From contig OZ243938.1 in NCBI GenBank assembly GCA_965214095.1, positions 1,024,001 to 1,088,000 of the forward strand: a stretch of 64,000 nucleotides of DNA. The letters are read 5' to 3'. The stretch's first letter is position 1; the number at the start of each line of letters is the position of its first letter. Origin of the DNA: Candidatus Poribacteria bacterium. GTDB taxonomy: Bacteria > Poribacteria > WGA-4E > WGA-3G. The notes under the pieces were generated by a model. The model saw nothing but the letters and a program-made list of their open reading frames with translations, was not told the DNA's origin and ran no database searches. The position numbers and the translations under genes are program-made. This document shows positions 38,214 through 49,037 of the stretch, in pieces.

Positions 38214-39488
38214 ATGTCTGAAACTACAATATTTGATTCTTCCTATGAACAACGCAAAAAACCACTATTGGCAAAAACATTAGACCGTCTACGTCCAATC
38301 TATAGTAGGTCTGATCTCAATGCTTTACGTATAGATAGCACGAGTCGAGAAGGTTTAGCACTACGTTCTGGACGTGGTTTTGTTAATCGTGATATTCTTG
38401 AAACTGTGCTGGGTAATCTACTGGAATGTGTCGCGCCAGGATCACACAACGCACCGCAGCTACAGAATCAAAAACGTGAACTATCAGAAGCAATAGAAGA
38501 GGTAGCTGACCAGTTGTATGCAATGGTGGTGCAATCGTTCTTAGCAGTGCCAGACGAAAAACATCTTGAAGCTGCTCTTGAAACTGCCTTCTCTCTTTTA
38601 TGGGAACTTCCAAGATTGAAAAGTCGAGCGTTGTGGAACAGATTCGCTTCTCTCAAAGACCCAGCCGTATGGGATGCATATCTACTCCATAACGGTGTTT
38701 CTCGTGAAAAACTTGCTGCTCAGGATTTTCGTAAACACATAGATATCGCAATCCATGAACGTACCTTTGAACCGTACGAAGACTTTCTCGGCACTTTGAA
38801 CGCTACTGCCGCATTAGATTATCAACTACAACTGGTTGTCAGTACATACCCCGGTTGGCGTGTACTCTTCTATCATGATGTCGCACATGCCCTAACACGA
38901 ACCGAACCGCCAGAAGACAATACAGAACTCCATAGAGTCCCTGTACCCCTCTTGCCTCGAGCAATTTCAGAATTAGGCGGTCGTTATTATCAAGCTGATT
39001 TACATCCAGAAACGCAAATCGGTGATGCGAATCTTTTAGAACATCCACACCGAGGTGTAACAACCGGACAAACGGGAATCATCGGTTCAGGATGTGTGAT
39101 TTACCCATGCACACTTGGCGGTTTGAGTGTCAAAGTCAAGCAACGGCATCCGGTAATCGGTGATTTTGTTGAAATTGGCACGGATACAAGCCTCCTCGGT
39201 CCCGTTCAAATCGCTGATCGCACAACTATTGGTACAAATACTGAAATATATGGGTTCGTAGAGATTGATCAAAGGTGTCGGATCGGTTCATCCGTTGTTA
39301 TTGGAACAATCCGTGGTGCTGCTGAACATCCCGGTAAGATTATGATTGGTGACGAAGTGCGGATTGGTGATGGCACGGTGATAGAAAACACATCTGAAAT
39401 GGATCTGATTATACCGACTCGCGCACAAATTCCCGCCAGAAGCCACGTCGCTAATGACGGTTTTGGATTTCCAAGATATATAACATAG
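38214..39488 (+). CDS. Serine O-acetyltransferase-like hexapeptide-repeat protein with long N-terminal extension
   Basis: YPG, ADLHP...IG...EHP..GV..GQT, TLGG...RHPVIGD. Confidence 0.7.
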   Translation: MSETTIFDSSYEQRKKPLLAKTLDRLRPIYSRSDLNALRIDSTSREGLALRSGRGFVNRDILETVLGNLLECVAPGSHNAPQLQNQKRELSEAIEEVADQLYAMVVQSFLAVPDEKHLEAALETAFSLLWELPRLKSRALWNRFASLKDPAVWDAYLLHNGVSREKLAAQDFRKHIDIAIHERTFEPYEDFLGTLNATAALDYQLQLVVSTYPGWRVLFYHDVAHALTRTEPPEDNTELHRVPVPLLPRAISELGGRYYQADLHPETQIGDANLLEHPHRGVTTGQTGIIGSGCVIYPCTLGGLSVKVKQRHPVIGDFVEIGTDTSLLGPVQIADRTTIGTNTEIYGFVEIDQRCRIGSSVVIGTIRGAAEHPGKIMIGDEVRIGDGTVIENTSEMDLIIPTRAQIPARSHVANDGFGFPRYIT

Positions 39489-39527
39489 AAAGATCGGCAT
39501 ACACACAAAATAGAGACTATATTTGAT

Positions 39528-41090
39528 ATGAAAAAGATAGAACGCGCGCTCATTAGTACTTATGATAAGACTGACCTAATTGACATTGGAAATGCACTCT
39601 TACAACATAAGGTAGAAATACTTTCCACAGGTGGCACTGCTAAACATCTTCGTGAAGCAGGAATAGAGATTATTGATGTCTCTGAATACACAGGTTTTCC
39701 TGAGATGTTAGATGGGAGGGTTAAGACACTTCACCCTAAAATCCATGGAGGATTGCTGGCACAATGGGAAAATGCTGAACACTCAGCACAAGCGGTAGAA
39801 AACGGCATCAAACCTATTGACATGGTGATTTGCAACCTCTATCCATTTGAGGAAACAGTTGCCAAACCTGATGTCACCATTGAAGATGCCATTGAAAATA
39901 TAGACATCGGGGGACCAACAATGATTCGCGCTGCGGCCAAAAACTATCGGCAAGTTGCAGTCCTAACAGTCTCCAATCAATATGCACAAATCATCTCTGA
40001 TTTAGATGCTAACGATGGATGCCTTTCCAATGAATTACGTTTTGAGTTAGCAAAAACAGCGTTCCTCCACACCGCACATTACGACAGAGCAATTTCTACC
40101 TATCTTGCAAATTTAGATAATGACGATAAATTCAGTAATACACGGACACTGCAATATCATAAAGCAGATTCATTGAGATATGGTGAGAACCCACATCAGA
40201 GTGCTGCATTTTACAGAACTGAGACAAAACCTGCCCCTTGTGCTGCCTGGGCAAAACAACTGAATGGTTCACCTCTATCTTTCAATAACATCCTCGATTT
40301 GGATGCGGCTTTAGAAATAGTAAAGGATTTCAAAACACCCACATGTGCCATCATCAAACATAACAACCCGTGTGGACTTGCCAGTGCTGAAAACCTCCAA
40401 GATGCATTTACAAACGCACTTGAATGTGACAAAACTTCTGCATTCGGTTCAATTGTAGGCTTAAATCGTAAAGTTACAATTCAGACAGCGAATACTATCC
40501 GAGAAGCTGCAAAATCGGGAGTTAAGATTGAAGCGATCATCGCACCCAGTTATACAGAAAAAGCATTGTATGTATTATCTCTTGTGAAAGACAGAAGGAT
40601 ACTTGAAACCGGTTCACTTTCCTCATCAGAATCCGTTTTGCAAATTCGTAATGTCACAGGTGGTGTGCTTGTTCAAGAACAGGATGTACATCACATTGAT
40701 AGAAGTGATTTACAATTTGCCACAAAACGCAAACCCACGGACGAAGAGATAGAATCCTTGTTATTTGCATGGAAGGCGTGTAAACATGTCAAATCCAACT
40801 GTATCCTGCTTGCGCAAGACACACAAACTGTCGGTATCGGTGCAGGACAGATGAGTCGTGTAGATGCTGCTATTATCGCTGTTCGTAAAGCAGGTGAAAA
40901 AGCGATGGATTCGGTCTTAGCTTCGGATGCGTTCTTCCCATTTCCTGATGGTGTGGAGATTGCCGGTGAAGCAGGCATCCGTGCGATTATCCAACCCGGT
41001 GGCTCTGTCAATGATGACTTAGTGATAGAAACTGCGGACTCTTACGGTATGGCGATGGTATTTACGGGTGTCCGCCATTTCCGGCATTAG
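39528..41090 (+). CDS. purH: Bifunctional AICAR transformylase/IMP cyclohydrolase
   Basis: GRVKTLHP, IDIGGP, LRYGENPHQ, ASDAFFPF, RHFRH. Confidence 0.98.
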   Translation: MKKIERALISTYDKTDLIDIGNALLQHKVEILSTGGTAKHLREAGIEIIDVSEYTGFPEMLDGRVKTLHPKIHGGLLAQWENAEHSAQAVENGIKPIDMVICNLYPFEETVAKPDVTIEDAIENIDIGGPTMIRAAAKNYRQVAVLTVSNQYAQIISDLDANDGCLSNELRFELAKTAFLHTAHYDRAISTYLANLDNDDKFSNTRTLQYHKADSLRYGENPHQSAAFYRTETKPAPCAAWAKQLNGSPLSFNNILDLDAALEIVKDFKTPTCAIIKHNNPCGLASAENLQDAFTNALECDKTSAFGSIVGLNRKVTIQTANTIREAAKSGVKIEAIIAPSYTEKALYVLSLVKDRRILETGSLSSSESVLQIRNVTGGVLVQEQDVHHIDRSDLQFATKRKPTDEEIESLLFAWKACKHVKSNCILLAQDTQTVGIGAGQMSRVDAAIIAVRKAGEKAMDSVLASDAFFPFPDGVEIAGEAGIRAIIQPGGSVNDDLVIETADSYGMAMVFTGVRHFRH

Positions 41091-41108
41091 GATTGAAACT
41101 ATAGAACC

Positions 41109-41137
41109 TTGATTTGATTAGAACAATATGCTATAAT
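41109..41137 (+). promoter_or_regulatory. sigma70-type promoter
   Basis: TTGATT-17 bp-TATAAT with TG extension. Confidence 0.6.
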
Positions 41138-41237
41138 CATATCAAGATTTGTTTATAGAAATTGCGAACGAAGTTTCCTTTACTCCTACTTTGTCACACA
41201 AGTAGTTGACTACTTATTGTGCAATGGAGAAACCAGT

Positions 41238-41969
41238 ATGAAAAAACTGATTTTTCTCATCACTTTTGGTGTCATTCTTGTAGCACTTTTCCTATCAAGA
41301 AACTACCACACACTCGACTCTACAGACAAACTCATGGAGGTACTGCCTGCTGAAAAGCAAGAGAATACAAACACGGGATCATCAGATCAAAATGTAAAAG
41401 AAATTGTTAAGAAGCCAGTTGATCTGAAATCTGTTGATGAATCTGATCCATCAATACATCAAAAAGGTAGCGATCTCTCACAAGAAAAGGACGATTTACT
41501 AAATGAAGAATGGACAGATCAGGACTCGCAAAACGACGTGCTTACGAATGAACACTCTCTTCAAAGGAATCCATGGAAGACTACTATTGATACCGAAATA
41601 GAAGCAAAAGCGCGCGGCACGTGGATAGGTGATCCAGAAACGATGGATCCAGATGAACTTCATAGTGCACAGTATAACCAACTCCTTGAAAGGTTTGGAG
41701 ATATTCCAGAGGTACATACCTACATGGAGTATATGCGAAATGCTCCAATGACAATAGATGAGGATATTGCTGGATTGGAAGCAGCGAATCATCTATTTCC
41801 ATACGGATCTACCCGCCGTACATTGGCACTTTACAAGTGGATGAAAGCAAATGGTGGTTATAATGCCTTTGAACAAGGTATACCTATAAAAGAACTTCAA
41901 GATTTAGGTGTCACAGTTGAGATAAACGAAACAGATGAAGGATGGGGATATTATATCACAACGAAATGA
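41238..41969 (+). CDS. Membrane-anchored hypothetical protein
   Basis: GGAG RBS, N-terminal TM, acidic linker, helical domain QLLERFGDIPEVH. Confidence 0.7.
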   Translation: MKKLIFLITFGVILVALFLSRNYHTLDSTDKLMEVLPAEKQENTNTGSSDQNVKEIVKKPVDLKSVDESDPSIHQKGSDLSQEKDDLLNEEWTDQDSQNDVLTNEHSLQRNPWKTTIDTEIEAKARGTWIGDPETMDPDELHSAQYNQLLERFGDIPEVHTYMEYMRNAPMTIDEDIAGLEAANHLFPYGSTRRTLALYKWMKANGGYNAFEQGIPIKELQDLGVTVEINETDEGWGYYITTK

Positions 41970-42063
41970 TTTAGTTGAGGATAAATTTCCTCATAAATTG
42001 ATTCAAGTTAGTAATAAGACATCAAAAATTCTGTTTGAAATACTTTAATCTGGAATATGAAAA

Positions 42064-43230
42064 TTGCCTACCACATTCTCACTCCCTTCCACAATAATCA
42101 CCGGTGCAGGTTCATCCGAAAAAGTTGGTGAACAAGCAAAACGACTCGGTGCAATCAAAGCACTAATTGTCACAGATCCAGGAATCGCTAAAATCGGATA
42201 TGCTGACCAAATAGCCAAAAACTTACGCAACTCTGGCATAATCTCTACTATTTTCTCAGATGTAACCCCCGATCCAACATTACAAAACGTTACAGACGGG
42301 ATAAACCAATTTGCTGGTGAAAACTGTAATTTTATTGTGAGTATCGGTGGCGGCAGCGCGATTGACTGCGCGAAAGGTATCTCTGTCAAACTCACAAATG
42401 ATGGAGAATTCGCAGATTACATGGGTGTAGACAAAATCCCAAATCAGGGTATCCCGCTAATTGCAATACCAACCACTGCAGGAACAGGTAGCGAAGTAAG
42501 CAAAGTAACCGTTATAACAGACACAGAACGTAATGTCAAAATGATGTTGAGCAGTTCGTGTCTTCTTGCATCTGTTGCCATAGTCGATCCATTGTTGTCA
42601 CTAACAACACCACCCCACCTGACAGCAGCTGTCGGTGTTGATGCCTTGACACATGCAATTGAGGCGTATGTCTCAAAACGCGCACAGCCGATAACCGATG
42701 CACTTGCACTGAAAGCAATCAGACTGATTTCAGGTTCACTACGTCAAGCATGGTCAGATGGAGAAAACCTATCAGCACGAACAGATATGATGATTGGTGC
42801 ATCCATCGCAGGCATGGCATTCAGCAATTCGTCTGTAGCATTAGTGCACGGCATGTCCCGACCCATTGGTGCATATTTTCACATTCATCACGGTTTGTCA
42901 AATTCAGTGCTGTTGCTTGATGTAATGGAGTTTAGTGTTGTAGGTGCTCCTCAGCGATTCGCAGATATAGCAGAAGCAATGGGTGAACAGATTGATGGAT
43001 TATCACCGATGAAACAAGCGGATGCGGCGATTACTGCTGTTGAACGACTTGTCAACGATATTGATATGCCACGTCTCGGACAAATCGGTATTGATGAAGA
43101 GAAGTTTGACGAAGTTGTTGAGCAAATGGCCGCGGATGCAATTGCAAGTGGAAGTCCAGCCAACAATCCCAGACAAGCAACACAAGAAGAAATCATCGCT
43201 TTATATCGTATATGCTTTGCTGTGAGATAA
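42064..43230 (+). CDS. Iron-containing alcohol dehydrogenase
   Basis: GGGSAID, PTTAGTGSE, DALTHAIE, HG..HHG. Confidence 0.92.
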   Translation: MPTTFSLPSTIITGAGSSEKVGEQAKRLGAIKALIVTDPGIAKIGYADQIAKNLRNSGIISTIFSDVTPDPTLQNVTDGINQFAGENCNFIVSIGGGSAIDCAKGISVKLTNDGEFADYMGVDKIPNQGIPLIAIPTTAGTGSEVSKVTVITDTERNVKMMLSSSCLLASVAIVDPLLSLTTPPHLTAAVGVDALTHAIEAYVSKRAQPITDALALKAIRLISGSLRQAWSDGENLSARTDMMIGASIAGMAFSNSSVALVHGMSRPIGAYFHIHHGLSNSVLLLDVMEFSVVGAPQRFADIAEAMGEQIDGLSPMKQADAAITAVERLVNDIDMPRLGQIGIDEEKFDEVVEQMAADAIASGSPANNPRQATQEEIIALYRICFAVR

Positions 43231-43284
43231 AGTCAAACAAATCAGAGGAAACTGTCCTTTAGGAAATAGTTAGTTCTTTCTTTA

Positions 43285-43418
43285 TAGTGAAATGTAAAAA
43301 TACGTGCACACTCCGCGGTAGATGCGGTTTCCTAACCGCATCTATGAGACTGAACAAACACCGGTTCGGTTAGGAAACCGAACCTACCGTGGTGTGTAAA
43401 TAATTATGGTTTTTACTA
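43285..43418. mobile_element. Correia-like TA-MITE carrying an inverted REP pair
   Basis: TA|TAGTGAAA ... TTTTTACTA|TA; CGGTAGATGCGGTTTCCTAACCGCATC and GGTTCGGTTAGGAAACCGAACCTACCG. Confidence 0.7.
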
Positions 43419-43452
43419 TAATGGTATGTTCTCAAATAGAAATGGTATAACA

Positions 43453-44973
43453 ATGTCACAGACACCCGTAATAGAGATGCGCGGCATCAACAAAAGATTT
43501 GGACATGTGCAAGCAAACGATAATGTAGATTTTACGCTCAAACAAGGTGAAATTCATGCAATCGTTGGTGAAAACGGGGCAGGCAAATCTACGCTGATGA
43601 ATATACTCTACGGACTCCAACATCCAGATTCCGGACAGATACATGTTAATGGAAATTCTGTGAATATCTCAACACCCAAAAATGCTATGCAACTCGGTTT
43701 GGGTATGATACAACAACACTTCACTTTGATACCTACTTTTACTGCACTTCAGAACATTATATTGGCAAAAGAAATACGAAAATATGGCACTCTAATTGAC
43801 TATCATGAAGCTGAAAACGAAATTACTGAACTTTCAGAACAACTTGGGTTTGATGTCCAGTTAAATGTTCCAATTGAATCGCTACCGATTGGCGCACAAC
43901 AACACACAGAGATTCTCAAAGTCCTTTACCACGGTGCAGAAATACTAATTATGGATGAACCGACAGCAGTGCTTGTACCACAAGAGATTGAAGGTTTATT
44001 TGAATGTATGCGTGGACTGAAAAAGGAAGGTAGGAGTATTATCATCATTACACACAAACTCAACGAGGTAATGACGATAGCAGATACTGTAACAGTCATG
44101 CGACGCGGACGATCTATTACAACTCGGTCTATATCAGATACAGATCCTCATGAATTAGCTGAACTCATGCTCGGAGATTCTGTAACACAGAACACTACTG
44201 AACGTAAGAATACAGAGCAAAATCGTCCAATACTAAGATTAGAAGATGTTACAGTGACTTCTGATATAACTAAGAAACTATTGAACGGGATTGCACTTGA
44301 TGTGTATTCAGGAGAAATTGTTGGCATCGCTGGTGTTGAAGGGAATGGACAGACAGAACTTGTTGAAGTGCTAACCGGATTGCGTAAGATAGAGAGTGGA
44401 ACTATTACAATAAACGATGAATCTGTTACCAATGCATCACCAGAAGAATTCCGTAAGAAAAAAGTCGCACATCTACCTGCGGACAGACACCGACACGGTG
44501 TAAGTCTGAATAGTCGGATAGATGAGAATTTTATCATAGGCAGACATAGACAAAATCTGTTCTTACGAAACGCAATGCTACATACAGAAAATATACGGCG
44601 ATTCTCTATGAATGCATTGGATAAATATCAAATACGTGTAGGAAGCATATACGATCCAATTAGCACATTATCTGGTGGAAATCAGCAGAAGGTTGTTGTC
44701 GCACGTGAGTTATCTGGGGATCCGACGTTGATTATTTCTGCACATCCAACACGCGGATTGGACATTCACGCTGCGAAATTTGTTCATACACGACTTATCC
44801 ATGCACGTAATCGTGGAAAAGCCGTTATACTTGTTTCTTCCGAACTTGATGAACTACTTGAACTCAGCGATAGAATAGCAGTAATGTTTAATGGTGAGAT
44901 TGTAGGGATGGTAAATCCGAATGAAACTAATCAACAAGAATTGGGAAAACTAATGCTTGGTTTGACTATTTGA
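43453..44973 (+). CDS. Nucleoside/sugar ABC transporter ATP-binding protein (duplicated NBD)
   Basis: GENGAGKS, DEPT, LSGGNQQK. Confidence 0.9.
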   Translation: MSQTPVIEMRGINKRFGHVQANDNVDFTLKQGEIHAIVGENGAGKSTLMNILYGLQHPDSGQIHVNGNSVNISTPKNAMQLGLGMIQQHFTLIPTFTALQNIILAKEIRKYGTLIDYHEAENEITELSEQLGFDVQLNVPIESLPIGAQQHTEILKVLYHGAEILIMDEPTAVLVPQEIEGLFECMRGLKKEGRSIIIITHKLNEVMTIADTVTVMRRGRSITTRSISDTDPHELAELMLGDSVTQNTTERKNTEQNRPILRLEDVTVTSDITKKLLNGIALDVYSGEIVGIAGVEGNGQTELVEVLTGLRKIESGTITINDESVTNASPEEFRKKKVAHLPADRHRHGVSLNSRIDENFIIGRHRQNLFLRNAMLHTENIRRFSMNALDKYQIRVGSIYDPISTLSGGNQQKVVVARELSGDPTLIISAHPTRGLDIHAAKFVHTRLIHARNRGKAVILVSSELDELLELSDRIAVMFNGEIVGMVNPNETNQQELGKLMLGLTI

Positions 44974-45032
44974 AACGAAATAACCCTGGATTTATATTGA
45001 CAATGACTAAAGACATGAGTTAATATGTAAAT

Positions 45033-45884
45033 ATGGAAGCAATGATGATAATCGATTCCCACACACACGCATGGCCACGGTGGCCCTACCAACCCCCTGT
45101 CCCCGATGATGAAAGTCGTGGAAAAGTTGAACAACTCCTCCACGAAATGGATTTACACAATGTTGATAAGGCTGTAATAATCTGTGCACGCATTGAGAGA
45201 AATCCAGATAACAACGATTATGCAGCAGACTGCGTTAAACGGTATCCCGATAGACTGATTCAGTTTGCAGACATAGATTGTTCGTGGACAGAGACATATC
45301 ACACAGATGGTGCCGCAGACCGACTGAAAACTGCAGCTGAGAAATACCAACTAAAAGGGTATACACATTACCTCAGAGGTGATGACGATTGCAGTTGGTT
45401 CTTTTCTGAGGAGGGACAACGTTTCTTCAAAACAACTGCAGAATTGGGATTAATTGCAAGTATTGCAATGGGTAGTCATCATCACTCGCCATTACGCAAA
45501 CTTGCAGCGCAGTTTCCTACCGTTCCATTTCTATGTCATCACATGGCAGGAGCACGTGCAGATGAACCAGCACCGTATCCACAACTTGAACAAGTTCTTG
45601 CCTCTGCCTCTGTGCCGAACATATATGTAAAGATGTCTGGATTTGCTTATGTCTCCGAAGTTTCGTGGGAATATCCATACAAGGATACACATAGAGTTGT
45701 ACGTGCACTCTATGAAAATTTTGGTGCTGATCGTCTCTGTTGGGGTTCGGATTATCCGGTTGTCAGAAACTTTATGACATATCAACATGCACTTGAAGCG
45801 TTCCGAACACATTGCACCTTTATCACAGAGGATGATAAATCAGAAATACTGGGTGGTACTCTCAACAAACTACTTACAACTTAA
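45033..45884 (+). CDS. Amidohydrolase family 2 protein
   Basis: IDSHTH, HHMA, WGSDYP. Confidence 0.88.
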   Translation: MEAMMIIDSHTHAWPRWPYQPPVPDDESRGKVEQLLHEMDLHNVDKAVIICARIERNPDNNDYAADCVKRYPDRLIQFADIDCSWTETYHTDGAADRLKTAAEKYQLKGYTHYLRGDDDCSWFFSEEGQRFFKTTAELGLIASIAMGSHHHSPLRKLAAQFPTVPFLCHHMAGARADEPAPYPQLEQVLASASVPNIYVKMSGFAYVSEVSWEYPYKDTHRVVRALYENFGADRLCWGSDYPVVRNFMTYQHALEAFRTHCTFITEDDKSEILGGTLNKLLTT

Positions 45885-45937
45885 ATCTGTCCATCAGATT
45901 GTTTGGCAATATTATTTGATAAACATAAGGATTACGC

Positions 45938-47962
45938 ATGTTCAAAAACACCCCATTGAAATACCTTCTCTTACTAACTCTCTCGTTACATTTTCTTGGA
46001 ATAGGAGCAGACCCAGCATCAGCAGTTGATCTCATTAAACTTGAACGCGAGTTCTCAGGAAAAGGCTCAACACAAGGTGCATTCGGTAAAACCATTCATC
46101 TTGGATTCAAACAGAATATCTATGTAAGTGATACAGAAAACAGACTAATTCAGAAACTTTCACCTACAGGTGAATTTCTCCTTCAAATACCAGAAAATCC
46201 TGAATCTTATGATAATTTCCTACGCAAACCCGGACACATCGCTGTTGATGACAACGGAAATATCTATGTTGCTGACGTAACCACACATCATATTGCTGAT
46301 ACTTCTGAACCTAAAGTATACATCTTTGCCCCTTGTGTCCATAAATTGAGTCTAACTGGAGAACTACTCAATACTTACTTTGTTGATCTTGTTGACGAAA
46401 AACCGGGAGTCGTTATTCCTGCACAACATCTGATAGATGAAGATGGGAAAATTGCATTAGGGATTCAACCCAAGGGTTATGACCGACAACTTCGTATCGC
46501 TGTCAACGCAAGTAATCAACTCTATGTGTTAGATGCAGAACGTGGACGTATCCATAAATTTGGTGTAGATGCCAAGAAATTGTCCACATTCGGGAGGTAC
46601 GGAGCAGGTGATGGTGAGTTTGATAAAGACGCATCCGACATCGCAATAGATGCGCGTGGCAACGTATTTGTCGCAGACACTGGGAACCATAGAATAGTAA
46701 AATTTGATAAAGATGGAAAATTCGTCCTAAGTTTTGGGAGAAAAGGACGTAACAACAGAGAATTTGTAAAACCCATCGCACTTGTTACTATGCCTACAGG
46801 TGAGGTTTTAGTCAAAGATTCAAGCATATTCCGTCGAAAAATTGGTGGTCTACCCGAAGTAATCGCACTTTCACCAACTTTGACACAATTAACTGAAAGT
46901 ACACCTAGCCAAACAGAACTGGCAGATACAATCAAAAATGCTACCCGTCCACAATACGGTCCATTTGCTCAAAATCCAGTGTCCCCTGTTGACATCACAT
47001 CACTAAATCGTCGGTTGCGTCTGCTTGAGGAAGCGGAATATCGCCGATATTATGAGGATAATGCGTATGACGACGAAGACGATAAAGAACTTGCAGATGA
47101 ACTGAAACGCACTGATATTCGGTTGACTCTTCTTCATAATGTCATTTCGCGAGTCCAGAAATTTGATAACAACGGCAGATATATCGGAAGGATTATCTAT
47201 GAAGTTGATCAACTCAGCGAGGAGAAACACGACCTGACTTTTTTAGATCTTGACAACTCAGGTTATCTCTACCTACGAGACACAAGCGATTTCACAATCA
47301 CTCAATATTCTGTCACCGGCTTTACTGTAAAACCATCGCACATGAACGGTTTCTATAGTACTCGTGTCGCAAATCTAAGCAACGACTACCTTGAAGATTA
47401 CGAGGATGTTGACACATTAACCGATGTTCAAGACAAGCTAAACCAGTTAGAACTCAAGAATCTTTTCGGTTGGACGTATAGTCTGTCTGAACGTTGGCAC
47501 TTGACTTTCATTGATGAGTTGACCTACAGTGAACAAGATGAGCGGTATATCACACCCGCAAAAGAAGAGGATAGTTTTGATTTTGAAACACAAGCGATGG
47601 AAAATGCATTCGCATTAAATCTGAAATATATCACCAATCCAAATCCGTATCGGTATAAGGAGTTGAATTTCTCTGTAGGACGGGTTGATGGCACGACTGA
47701 TCTGACACAGGATGCGCTTTTTCAGGAACAGAACAAACAACGGAGAATTGATACTGGTGATGCAAGTTCTACGGTATTTGAGTTAAATTGGGATATTTGG
47801 TCTCGGACAAATCTGTGGTTACGTTATGCACATCTGAATCCTGCTGAAACAAGTCGCAATTTTATCCGCAGATTTTATGATGTTTCAGGGGATCTGTATG
47901 AAGTGTTCGGAAGCCGTAATGAAGCACGACAGTTCCTCGGTGAATTCACGATTAAGTTTTGA
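45938..47962 (+). CDS. Secreted NHL-repeat protein with C-terminal beta-barrel-like domain
   Basis: Signal peptide, IAVDxxGNIYVAD and ADTGNHRI repeats, C-terminus FLGEFTIKF. Confidence 0.75.
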   Translation: MFKNTPLKYLLLLTLSLHFLGIGADPASAVDLIKLEREFSGKGSTQGAFGKTIHLGFKQNIYVSDTENRLIQKLSPTGEFLLQIPENPESYDNFLRKPGHIAVDDNGNIYVADVTTHHIADTSEPKVYIFAPCVHKLSLTGELLNTYFVDLVDEKPGVVIPAQHLIDEDGKIALGIQPKGYDRQLRIAVNASNQLYVLDAERGRIHKFGVDAKKLSTFGRYGAGDGEFDKDASDIAIDARGNVFVADTGNHRIVKFDKDGKFVLSFGRKGRNNREFVKPIALVTMPTGEVLVKDSSIFRRKIGGLPEVIALSPTLTQLTESTPSQTELADTIKNATRPQYGPFAQNPVSPVDITSLNRRLRLLEEAEYRRYYEDNAYDDEDDKELADELKRTDIRLTLLHNVISRVQKFDNNGRYIGRIIYEVDQLSEEKHDLTFLDLDNSGYLYLRDTSDFTITQYSVTGFTVKPSHMNGFYSTRVANLSNDYLEDYEDVDTLTDVQDKLNQLELKNLFGWTYSLSERWHLTFIDELTYSEQDERYITPAKEEDSFDFETQAMENAFALNLKYITNPNPYRYKELNFSVGRVDGTTDLTQDALFQEQNKQRRIDTGDASSTVFELNWDIWSRTNLWLRYAHLNPAETSRNFIRRFYDVSGDLYEVFGSRNEARQFLGEFTIKF

Positions 47963-47976
47963 TTGGAATATAGATA

Positions 47977-48953
47977 TGGAGTTTCGCGCACTTTATCCAG
48001 ATGAATTTGAGGCATGGCTTGACCATGTTTCTCACGTCTTTTCGGCGAGTCGTCAATACTTTGCTAACCATTGGCGCAACGATCCGTGGAAAGACTGTGA
48101 AGGTATACGTATTGCGCTTGATGATGGAAAAATTGTAAGCACTGTACGGGTATTTATCCGTAAGATGTACTTACAAGGTGAGCCTATTACAGTGGGTGGA
48201 ATAGGTGAAGTAAGCACGCGTTCGGAATACCGTAAACGTGGAATTGCATCGCAACTGTTGAAGGATTCAATTCAGTTTATGGAAGACCGTGAAATTGCCA
48301 TCTCCATGCTACACGGTGGTCAACGTATCTATTCAGTTGAAGGATGGGAAAGTGTCCCACGTTACTTTGCCAAGAAAACGCTTCAAGGAAACAAAACACA
48401 GCAATGGAACATCCGTCCTGCCAATTTTAAAGACACTGAAGAGGTAGAGAAACTTGCATCCATCTACGACACCTATTCCCGCAAATTCAACGGTACATTT
48501 GTCAGAGATGACATAGCATATTGGACAGATTGGGTTCAGGCAGAATCACCACAAACATGGATCGCTGAAAGAGATGATGAAATTGAAGGTTATGTTTCCG
48601 TTAGAAGAAGTGATGGAGAGTTAGGTGTAAAGGAATTTGTTGTGTCAGAGAAGTTGTTTTCACAAGGTAAAGAAACAGTATTATTTGACGCTTTGTTATC
48701 ACATATAATCGCGGAGATGGATGAGGAAAGTTTGGAAATAGCATATCCTGCACCGATTGCTGATGGATTCAATACCCCAAATGTTGAGTCTTCTGGCAGT
48801 ACCATGTATCATGTCATCCAACCGGAGGCATTACCATCCCATATAAGGAAAGAATTTACTAAAGGTCTACCGGACCTTCTACACAGTCAATCTGGAACTT
48901 TAGCACAAAGGATCAAATCTCATCATATCTTTTGGCAAACTGATGGATTTTAA
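47977..48953 (+). CDS. GNAT acetyltransferase (Eis-like)
   Basis: GGIGEVST..EYRKRGIA acetyl-CoA motif. Confidence 0.85.
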
Positions 48954-49037
48954 GGTAGAGAAGGTTCATTCACGCGGAATTAGAAGGAAGTTGGTAATAT
49001 CACTGGAATTAGTCCATAGAAATTGGAGGATAGCAAT

